Assembly (NCBI GenBank): GCA_038832005.1
Contig: JAWBJZ010000003.1
Span: 9,560 to 33,559 of the forward strand
DNA length: 24,000 bases
Source of the DNA: Candidatus Caldarchaeum sp.
GTDB taxonomy: Archaea; Thermoproteota; Nitrososphaeria_A; Caldarchaeales; Caldarchaeaceae
Reading direction: 5' to 3'
A program made the translations under genes and the position numbers. Below the pieces are notes generated by a model. That model was not told the DNA's origin and made no database searches. It saw only the letters and a program-made list of their open reading frames with translations. Numbering within the stretch: position 1 is the stretch's first letter; every line of letters starts with the position of its first letter. Positions 17,811 through 24,000 of this stretch are shown piece after piece.

Positions 17811-18446
17811 TTGGGCGGGATGTCGTCGGAAACCATGCTGGCGTTTTTGAAGAGTAGGCGGAGTTCGAAGATGCTTGGTGTTGGTGAGGTTCCGTTTGAC
17901 GCGGTGCTTAAGGCTGTTGAGGCTGGTGTCTGGGCCGCGAACGCCCACAACGCCCAGCCTTGGAGGTTTGTCATCGTCAGCGAGCCGGAGACGAAGAAGA
18001 GGCTTCTTGAAGAGATGGGTAGGGAGTGGATGGCTGACCTTATGTCAGATGGTATAGAGTTTGCAAAGGCTGAGACGATTGTGGAGACTTCTAACAGTAG
18101 AAGCCGCCGCGCCGCATTCCTTATCGTCGTATGTCTATGCATGCGGGATATGGACAAGTATTGGGACAGCAGAAGAAGCCGTCTCGAATACATTATGGGT
18201 GTTCAGAGCGTTGCTGCGGCCGTGCAAAACATGCTGTTGGCTTTTCATGCTTTAGGCTACGGTGCGTGCTGGCGTTGTTCCCCACTTTTCGCCCAAAATG
18301 CCGTGAGAAAGGTTCTGGGACTGCCTGAAGACGTCGAGCCTCAGGCGATGGTTGAGGTCGGGATCAAGGGCGGTGAGACTGCTGGAGCAAGAAAGCCCTT
18401 GGAAGAGTTTGTTTTTTTAAACAGATGGGGTGAACGGTTACGCTAA
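17811..18446 (+). CDS. nitroreductase-family FMN protein similar to the FbiB C-terminal (dehydro-F420 reductase) domain
   Basis: 211 aa; RRSSKMLGVGEVPFDAVLKAVEAGVWAANAHNAQPWRFVIV; MGVQSVAAAVQNMLLAFHALGYGACWRCSPLFAQNAVRKVLGLPEDVEPQAMVEVG; stop (TAA 18444-18446) lies inside the conserved N-terminal coding of cofD. Confidence 0.8.
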   Translation: MGGMSSETMLAFLKSRRSSKMLGVGEVPFDAVLKAVEAGVWAANAHNAQPWRFVIVSEPETKKRLLEEMGREWMADLMSDGIEFAKAETIVETSNSRSRRAAFLIVVCLCMRDMDKYWDSRRSRLEYIMGVQSVAAAVQNMLLAFHALGYGACWRCSPLFAQNAVRKVLGLPEDVEPQAMVEVGIKGGETAGARKPLEEFVFLNRWGERLR

Positions 18447-18463
18447 CGTGTCTTGCCGGCGGT

Positions 18464-19372
18464 GTGGGAGGTTCGAAGCTGCTCGTCGGTCTCAAGCATG
18501 CGATGAAGCCAGCCGCAGGAGTTGCGGTGGTCAACACGGCGGACGACGAGGAGTTTTTCGGCCTGCATGTCTCGCCTGATGTGGACACCGTGGTCTACAG
18601 CCTCGCCGGCATAGCTGACTATGACAAGGGCTGGGGGGTGGCAGGCGACACGTTCAACGCTTTACAGATGTTGAGCCGTCTCGGCTGCGAAACATGGTTT
18701 AAGCTGGGAGATAAAGACTTGGCCATACATGTTTACAGGACGATGAGGTTGCGGGAAGGTGCTACTCTCACAGAGGTGACTGAGGAAATCGCTTCAAGGC
18801 TGAACGCTGGCTGGAGAGTGCTGCCGATGACTGACGACCCCGTACGGACGCTGGTGGAAACCGAGAGTGGAACGATGAGTTTTCAAACATACTTCGTCAA
18901 ACACAGTTATGGTTTGAAGGTTTTGGGCGTCAGGTTTGAAGGCGCGGAGAACGCTCGTCCGACGGCACAGGTGTTAGAAGCTCTCGAAAACTCAAAAGCG
19001 GTCGTGCTGTGTCCCAGCAACCCGGTTGTCAGCATCAGCCCGATACTCTCGCTGCAAGGCTTCAGAGACAAGCTACGTGTTTTCTCGGGAACGGTGTTGG
19101 CTGTGTCACCCATAGTTGGCGGCAAGACGATCAGAGGACCTGCCGCGGAGATGATGAAAGCTGTCGGCGTGGAACCGTCTTCTCTCGGCGTTGCCGAGAT
19201 GTACAAAGATTTTCTCGACGTTTTGGTGGTGGATGAACAAGACGCTGAGCTTTTGGACGATATCGCAGCTTTAGGCGTCAAGGCTATCTCCTTCAACACG
19301 GTTATGGGGAGCCTTGAGGATAAGGTGAGGCTGGCGAAGTTCTGCCTCCATGTCTTGGGTATGGATGGTTGA
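18464..19372 (+). CDS. cofD: CofD, 2-phospho-L-lactate (or PEP) transferase of coenzyme F420 biosynthesis; true 5' end uncertain
   Basis: GGSKLLVGLKHAM, VVNTADDEEFFGLHVSPDVDTVVYSLAGIAD, GWGVAGDTF, WFKLGDKDLAIHVYRT, CPSNPVVSISPILSLQG, VSPIVGGKTIRGPAAEMM. The codons upstream of GTG 18464 encode TVTLTCLAGGV, which belongs to the family motif; see findings. Confidence 0.93.
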   Translation: MGGSKLLVGLKHAMKPAAGVAVVNTADDEEFFGLHVSPDVDTVVYSLAGIADYDKGWGVAGDTFNALQMLSRLGCETWFKLGDKDLAIHVYRTMRLREGATLTEVTEEIASRLNAGWRVLPMTDDPVRTLVETESGTMSFQTYFVKHSYGLKVLGVRFEGAENARPTAQVLEALENSKAVVLCPSNPVVSISPILSLQGFRDKLRVFSGTVLAVSPIVGGKTIRGPAAEMMKAVGVEPSSLGVAEMYKDFLDVLVVDEQDAELLDDIAALGVKAISFNTVMGSLEDKVRLAKFCLHVLGMDG

Positions 19373-19983
19373 GGCCTGTAGCCATCTTACCGGTGAAAAA
19401 CCTCAAGAGGGCTAAATCAAGGCTCTCCACTGTCATGTCGGGCGAAGGAAGAAAGAAGCTTGTGCTGAGACTGTTCCTTCATGCAGGCTGCGTTTGCCAG
19501 ACGGCGGGATTCCAGGTTTTTTGTCTGACATCCGACAAAACGGTCGCTGAAACATCGCTGAGGATGGGCTGGCGGGTTTTACAAGACAGATTTAACGACC
19601 TGAACAAGGCTTTGACAAGTGTTTTGAAGCGTTTTTCCACCGTTCCGTTGACGATAGTTTTACCTGACCTGCCTCTTCTCAACCGGCAATCGTTGGAAAC
19701 GGTTAGCAGGCTGGGCCGCCGACATGGATGCGTCATCTGTCCAGACCTGAAATTGAGCGGAACAAACGTTCTGTATCTGGGTACGGCGAGTTTTTTCAAG
19801 CCCATGTTCGGCAAACACAGTTTCATCCGGCATCTCAACCAGCTACAAAAAAGTTATCCCGTAAAGGTCCTTGTAACGCTCGCGACAGCAGTGGACATTG
19901 ACTCGCCCGAAGACCTACTTCTTCTTCCTAGGTTTTCTTTTTCTTCGCCGGTTCACTACGAGGAAAGTTGCTACAAGCATTAG
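19369..19983 (+). CDS. cofC: CofC, 2-phospho-L-lactate guanylyltransferase
   Basis: 204 aa, TTG start overlapping the cofD TGA; VAILPVKNLKRAKSRLSTVMSGEGRKKLVLRLF, LTIVLPDLPLL, GCVICPDLKLSGTNVLYL. Confidence 0.88.
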   Translation: MRPVAILPVKNLKRAKSRLSTVMSGEGRKKLVLRLFLHAGCVCQTAGFQVFCLTSDKTVAETSLRMGWRVLQDRFNDLNKALTSVLKRFSTVPLTIVLPDLPLLNRQSLETVSRLGRRHGCVICPDLKLSGTNVLYLGTASFFKPMFGKHSFIRHLNQLQKSYPVKVLVTLATAVDIDSPEDLLLLPRFSFSSPVHYEESCYKH

Positions 19984-21261
19984 TGGGACAAGGAGAAGAA
20001 GCTCAGCGGCTAGCGAAGTTAAGGCGCCGCCGCCAATCTGCGGAGCCGGGCCCGTCTGCGTGGTGATGACGGGAGACGTGTTTGAAGCTCTGTAATCGAC
20101 CTCGCCTATCTTCTGAGAGGCCTGGTTTCCGGCTGCGTCGGTGGCGTTAACGTACAGCTCTGCTCGCGTGACCCCTCCGCTCGGACGGTAAGTTCCCACG
20201 TAAACTCCTTGGACAGAGTTCATCGGTGTTGAAACAGGACCTAGTGGGAAAACTCCCCCGTACTCGAGAGCTACGAGTAAGACTGACGCCAGGTCTCCCT
20301 CTGGGTCTGAGACTCTAGCCCTGACTTCAGCCGACCCGTCCTCAAGCCTTTTTATCGACCAGTCGAGGATTTTCGGCGAATCTGAATCGAAGGTGTAGCC
20401 GACGCTGTTTGAGGCTGTGTCGAGGAACCATATTCGCCTGTCTGAGCCTGCAGCGACGGAGCTTGGAGAAAACGACGGCATGCTGACCTCACGGTATCCT
20501 GTTTGGTCGACAACTCCCACGACCCTTCGCGAGACGCTGGAGTAAACCAGCTTGTCATCCAGCGCCGTAACAGACGTGACAAAAGTTGCCCGCGGCAGAG
20601 TCGTCTTATAAACTATCGAAGTTCCTGAAACCTTGACCACGGTGTCGTCGGTTAACACCAGCCATGCACCATCCTTAACCGCTAGAATCTTGTTGACCGC
20701 TCCATCAACCACGATGTTTCCCGAATCTTTCCCATGGAATGATACTGTGTTGAGTGTTGGCGAAACCGTCCAGACAACACCTCCGTGGACGGAGACATAG
20801 TCGGGTCCAGAAGCTATTGTGGAGCTTATTGTTTCAACCGGCTGCAGGCCGTCGGCAGACAGCTTGTCGATTTTGCCGGCGCGTGCGTAAGCCACGTAGA
20901 CGTTTTCCAAGTCCGCGGCTATGGTTGTCGCAGTAGTCTCAAGGCTCACGTAAGTGGCTTTCTTGGAGGCGACATCTATCACAGCAAGCCTGTCACCCGG
21001 AGACAGCAACGCAACTGCTTTCCCCTTTGGGAAAACCGTTTTGACCACTGGCGAGTCGACGGGTATCTCCACGTAGGAGCCTGCGTCGGCAAAGTAAAGG
21101 CCTAGAAGGTTTCTGTCAGCGAAGGCTATTGCCAGCAGGTTTCCACCGTCGGAGTCAACTCTTGCAACCGTTCCTTGAAACGGTATGTTTAACAACCTCG
21201 GTGGAGGTAGAGCTGCCAACATCGGAAGAGAAAGAAGCACGACCAAGACCAACCATCTCAT
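19915..21261 (-). CDS. secreted/membrane-anchored beta-propeller-like surface protein
   Basis: 448 aa; signal peptide MRWLVLVVLLSLPMLAALP, repeated beta-rich units, Ig/FN3-like DPEGDLASV...YVNATDAAGN segment, C-terminal TM helix LAAELLLLVPLMLVATFLVV followed by NRRRKRKPRKKK. Confidence 0.8.
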   Translation of the reverse strand: MRWLVLVVLLSLPMLAALPPPRLLNIPFQGTVARVDSDGGNLLAIAFADRNLLGLYFADAGSYVEIPVDSPVVKTVFPKGKAVALLSPGDRLAVIDVASKKATYVSLETTATTIAADLENVYVAYARAGKIDKLSADGLQPVETISSTIASGPDYVSVHGGVVWTVSPTLNTVSFHGKDSGNIVVDGAVNKILAVKDGAWLVLTDDTVVKVSGTSIVYKTTLPRATFVTSVTALDDKLVYSSVSRRVVGVVDQTGYREVSMPSFSPSSVAAGSDRRIWFLDTASNSVGYTFDSDSPKILDWSIKRLEDGSAEVRARVSDPEGDLASVLLVALEYGGVFPLGPVSTPMNSVQGVYVGTYRPSGGVTRAELYVNATDAAGNQASQKIGEVDYRASNTSPVITTQTGPAPQIGGGALTSLAAELLLLVPLMLVATFLVVNRRRKRKPRKKK

Positions 21262-21296
21262 CAGCTTCCCTTACCCCTCGCCATGCATGTTAAGTG

Positions 21297-21387
21297 TGCG
21301 GCGGGCGGGATTTGAACCCGCGACTCCCAGCGCTCTGCAACCGTCAGCATGGCAGGCTGGTGTCCTACCAGGCTAGACGACCGCCGC
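21297..21387 (-). tRNA. tRNA-Gly (anticodon GCC) with 17-nt intron at position 37/38
   Basis: Reverse strand GCGGCGG/CCGCCGC acceptor, D-arm GTCT-AGCCTGGTA-GGAC, T-arm GCGGG-TTCAAAT-CCCGC, discriminator A. Anticodon stem CCAGC/GCTGG pairs perfectly once TGCTGACGGTTGCAGAG (21333-21349) is removed. BHB: CTGC(32-35) pairs with intron GCAG, bulges CA^T and AG^C. Confidence 0.93.
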
Positions 21388-21414
21388 ACGGTAGTGATGC
21401 TGTGAACCAATTAT

Positions 21415-22773
21415 TTAAACGATTTCCTCCAAGTTTCTCCAAAATCCCAATATCCCGTAGCCCGTCATCCATTTTACCCTTATTTTCCGCGATATGCCTG
21501 CTCTGGTCTCTTCCATCACCAGCTCGATGACGCCGTCTACGCAGTCTTCAACGAGGGCTGTTGTGCTGGCGGAGAATGCGTAGGGGTTGAAGGTGAAGAT
21601 AAAACCGGCGTTCAAGCTGCGTGCCTTCTGGCAGAGAGTTCTTAGCAGTTTCATGGCCGTGTCTTGCCCGAATTCCTCGACCAATGTTGTGAAAGAATCT
21701 ATGACGACCCATTTCCTCACACCTTCAACCTTGTTCAGAAGGTTTGTGAAGGCTATGCTTATTTCCTGTGGGTTAAGCTTGAGGCTCTCTTCTCTGCCGC
21801 TGGTATCGATTATCAGCAGTTGCCGGTTATCCCTCAAAGATTGGACGTCTGCGCCGAGCTTGACGAAAATTTCCGCCTGTTTGGCGCTAGGCATGTCTAC
21901 GGATAAAAAAACAACACCTTCACCCATGAGCATACGGGTCAAAGATATCTTGGTCACGATGGTTGTGCGCCCACTGCCTGCAGGGCCGAAAAAAGCTATC
22001 GCCGACGGATAGGGAAGACCAGCCTCAAGCATCTCGTCAACTATGGTGACGCCCGTTTGAATTTTCTGGCCAACGGTAGTGGGGTGAGATATTTTTCTTT
22101 TGAGCAAGAAGGTTAGTAGCATTGCTATAGTGAGTGCCGACAGAGCGAAATAGGAATTAGCCAGCTGGCTGATATACACCTCGGCCTGTACCGTACCTGT
22201 TAAAAATCCCATGATGGATAAAAGATTGACGACAGCCAGGGCTCCGGTAACCACTGACGCGCCATACGCAAACAAGACACGGCCCTCACCCATTTTTACA
22301 GCAACCCGTCCGAGGACACCATACATATAAGCCAAGATGATGTGGTAAGAGAAGACGTACAGGCCTGTTTCAAATAGCTCAATAGTACTTTTTTGACCGC
22401 TGAAAGCGAGAGTTGTCACGGCTGGAATGGAGATCAATATAGCGGGAAACCATTTTAGCAAAGGCGTGTAGACTCGTCCAACAGACCTTAAGAGAGTCAT
22501 CAGCGAATACAATACGAGTAAGCACAACATCGTCAAAAGAAACGCCGAAACTTCCGCAAACTCTTTCAACTCCACCGTCAAAAAATTTAGCGAATATGCG
22601 GATTCCATACCCAAACGAAATATCAAGCCGGATACAACGTAGGCTAGCGGCCAGCGAACAACGTTTAGGCCTGCCTGCTTAAACTTGGTTAGCAGGCGAA
22701 CCATGCCAAAAGTTAGCAAAAGCATCGAAACGTGGAAAACGATGCTTGAAGCTAGATAGAGAAGATGATTCAC
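21415..22773 (-). CDS. membrane protein with ~7 predicted TM helices fused to KaiC/RecA-like ATPase domain
   Basis: 452 aa; ~230 aa hydrophobic N-terminal part with seven candidate helices, then TGVTIVDEMLEAGLPYPSAIAFFGPAGSGRTTIVTKISLTRMLMGEGVVFLSVDMP, Walker B-like KWVVIDSFTTL, GYGILGF end. Confidence 0.82.
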   Translation of the reverse strand: MNHLLYLASSIVFHVSMLLLTFGMVRLLTKFKQAGLNVVRWPLAYVVSGLIFRLGMESAYSLNFLTVELKEFAEVSAFLLTMLCLLVLYSLMTLLRSVGRVYTPLLKWFPAILISIPAVTTLAFSGQKSTIELFETGLYVFSYHIILAYMYGVLGRVAVKMGEGRVLFAYGASVVTGALAVVNLLSIMGFLTGTVQAEVYISQLANSYFALSALTIAMLLTFLLKRKISHPTTVGQKIQTGVTIVDEMLEAGLPYPSAIAFFGPAGSGRTTIVTKISLTRMLMGEGVVFLSVDMPSAKQAEIFVKLGADVQSLRDNRQLLIIDTSGREESLKLNPQEISIAFTNLLNKVEGVRKWVVIDSFTTLVEEFGQDTAMKLLRTLCQKARSLNAGFIFTFNPYAFSASTTALVEDCVDGVIELVMEETRAGISRKIRVKWMTGYGILGFWRNLEEIV

Positions 22774-22834
22774 AACCCTTTACACGGCCAGCCAGCCAAT
22801 TAAGCTTTTAATCAGGTTAAACGAGCGCATGGCC

Positions 22835-24000
22835 TCAGACCTTGAACGTTTGACCTCTCTCGGGACTCACAGCCCAGGCTCCCAGCTGTGAAGAGGCCCA
22901 GCTAGAGAGTAGACCACATTGCTGCGGCTCGCCGTGTATTGTGAAGATTTTTGCGTTTGTCTCGATTTTCTTCAGGTATTCGTGGAGCTGGCTTCTGCCG
23001 GCGTGGCTTGAAAACTTGAACTGTTTAACTTTACAGTTGGCAGGTTTTTCGGAGCCGTCGACCACCAAAACGCCTTTGTTGAGAAGGATTTCGCCGGGAG
23101 TTCCCGGTATCTGGAAGCTTGACAGGAATATTGCTGATTTCTCGTCTTCTGCGATGTAGGGGGCGTAGTACATGGCTGGTCCCCCCTTGAGCATACCTGC
23201 CGGAGCAACTATCACCCCCGGCTCTGACAACGCGGTCTCACGGCCACGTCTGCCGTGCACAAACCTTGTCTTCTTGTTTGCTTTCTCCAGTATGTCGACG
23301 CCGTCCACAAACCTTTTGTCTGAAAGATACAGCTCCATAGTCTTTTTAGCCATGCCGTCAAGCCATACAGGATGCTTAAACCCGTGTGCCGTCAGGATGC
23401 AGAGAATCTCCTGAGCTCTTCCAACGGAGAAGGCGGGAACTAGGACAACGCCTCCGCCCTCAACAACCTCCCTGCACGACTTGACGAACTCGTTCTCAAG
23501 CTCCTGCCTCGTCCTATGGTCCTCATGGGCGTAGGTAGACTCTATTACCACAGCGTCCACGTCTCCCACAACAGTCTCGGCTCCGTCAAGCATCCTCGTT
23601 TTAACCGTGGTAAAGTCACCGGTGTAGACCAGCGTTTTATCGCCGTTCACGATAACCTGAGCGCTGCCGGGTACGTGTCCGGCGTCGAGCAGCTCTATCT
23701 CAACGTCGCCGACCTTGAACGGCTCTCTGTAAAAAACGGTCCGTGTGTTCGAAAGCATCTTTTCCATCTCCCTCCTCTCGAAGACAAGATGGTATCCCGA
23801 GAGCTTTATGAAATCTTGAATAAGGAGGGCGGCTGTCTGTTTGGTCATCGACGTGGCGTACATCTTCGGCGCATAGCTGATGTACAGCATCGGGATAGCT
23901 CCAGAATGGTCGAGATGGGAATGCGTCAGGATTACCGCGTCAAGCTTGCGCGTCTCCACAGGCAGCGGAAACTCCGGATGGTCGTTTAACATCACCCCAT
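22835..24000 (-). CDS. CPSF-like beta-CASP metallo-beta-lactamase ribonuclease (aCPSF2-like; N-terminus truncated by window edge)
   Basis: DAVILTHSHLDHSGAIPMLY, DAGHVPGSAQVIVNG, LVYTGDF, VVIESTYAHEDH, SVGRAQE, GMLKGGPA, QFKFSSHAGRSQL, IFTIHGE. The frame is open towards base 24000 and the track ATG at 23995 is unlikely to be the real start. Confidence 0.93.
   Translation of the reverse strand, partial: GVMLNDHPEFPLPVETRKLDAVILTHSHLDHSGAIPMLYISYAPKMYATSMTKQTAALLIQDFIKLSGYHLVFERREMEKMLSNTRTVFYREPFKVGDVEIELLDAGHVPGSAQVIVNGDKTLVYTGDFTTVKTRMLDGAETVVGDVDAVVIESTYAHEDHRTRQELENEFVKSCREVVEGGGVVLVPAFSVGRAQEILCILTAHGFKHPVWLDGMAKKTMELYLSDKRFVDGVDILEKANKKTRFVHGRRGRETALSEPGVIVAPAGMLKGGPAMYYAPYIAEDEKSAIFLSSFQIPGTPGEILLNKGVLVVDGSEKPANCKVKQFKFSSHAGRSQLHEYLKKIETNAKIFTIHGEPQQCGLLSSWASSQLGAWAVSPERGQTFKV

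Noticed and set aside
17777-18193. 138-aa minus-strand ORF opposite the nitroreductase gene
   Set aside because: Serine/threonine-rich antisense translation, fully covered by a well-supported gene on the plus strand.
18416-18422. TTTAAAC heptamer in frame (T TTA AAC) near the nitroreductase 3' end, identical to a classical -1 frameshift slippery site, possibly fusing nitroreductase to CofD.
   Set aside because: A -1 shift there leads to CAG ATG GGG TGA, terminating at 18431-18433 before cofD. No fusion would result, and the heptamer is likely chance in a T-run.
21297-21387. Reading tRNA-Gly as an intronless class II tRNA with a long variable arm.
   Set aside because: It leaves a mismatch in the anticodon stem and a long variable arm for a GCC anticodon. 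The intron model gives a perfect stem, 5-nt variable loop and canonical BHB.
21185-21530. 63-aa (21185..21376) and 78-aa (21294..21530) plus-strand ORFs (RRAGFEPATPSAL / GGRDLNPRLPAL)
   Set aside because: Antisense translations of tRNA-Gly, classic spurious ORFs.
1-24000. CRISPR arrays, transposases, inverted-repeat mobile elements, ubiquitin-like modifier operon
   Set aside because: I looked for regularly spaced direct repeats, Cas or transposase motifs and UBL/E1/E2-like motifs and saw none. Absence is by eye only.

Overview
Gene-dense archaeal chromosomal window. TFB, aIF1/SUI1, PCNA, archaeal-type Elp3, a CPSF-like beta-CASP nuclease, TATA-like boxes ~25 nt upstream of start codons, and a tRNA with a canonical BHB intron all point to Archaea. 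The gene content would fit a Caldiarchaeum/Aigarchaeota-Thaumarchaeota-type genome, but that placement is inference. Content, left to right: an operon-like minus-strand run (alpha/beta hydrolase, 70-aa ORF, F420-type LLM oxidoreductase, Elp3); hexapeptide acyltransferase; aIF1; TFB; CysRS; sugar-nucleotidyltransferase; GNAT; metallophosphoesterase; second LLM oxidoreductase; pyruvate phosphate dikinase; wHTH protein divergent from PCNA; tRNA-Pro(UGG); wHTH-DNA methyltransferase; M50 protease; LarA/DUF2088-like protein; a coenzyme F420 biosynthesis cluster (FbiB-C-like nitroreductase, CofD, CofC); a membrane-anchored beta-propeller-like surface protein; tRNA-Gly(GCC) with a 17-nt intron; a 7TM-KaiC-like ATPase; and a CPSF-like nuclease. 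Most worth follow-up: (1) an apparently archaeal F420 cluster containing a dehydro-F420-reductase-like nitroreductase and a divergent LarA-like neighbour; (2) cofD, whose conserved N-terminal LAGGVGG motif lies upstream of every canonical start codon, with an in-frame TGA immediately before it; (3) a predicted 7TM + KaiC/RecA-like ATPase whose Walker A lysine is arginine. I saw no CRISPR array, transposase or complete restriction-modification system. No database search or computation was run.
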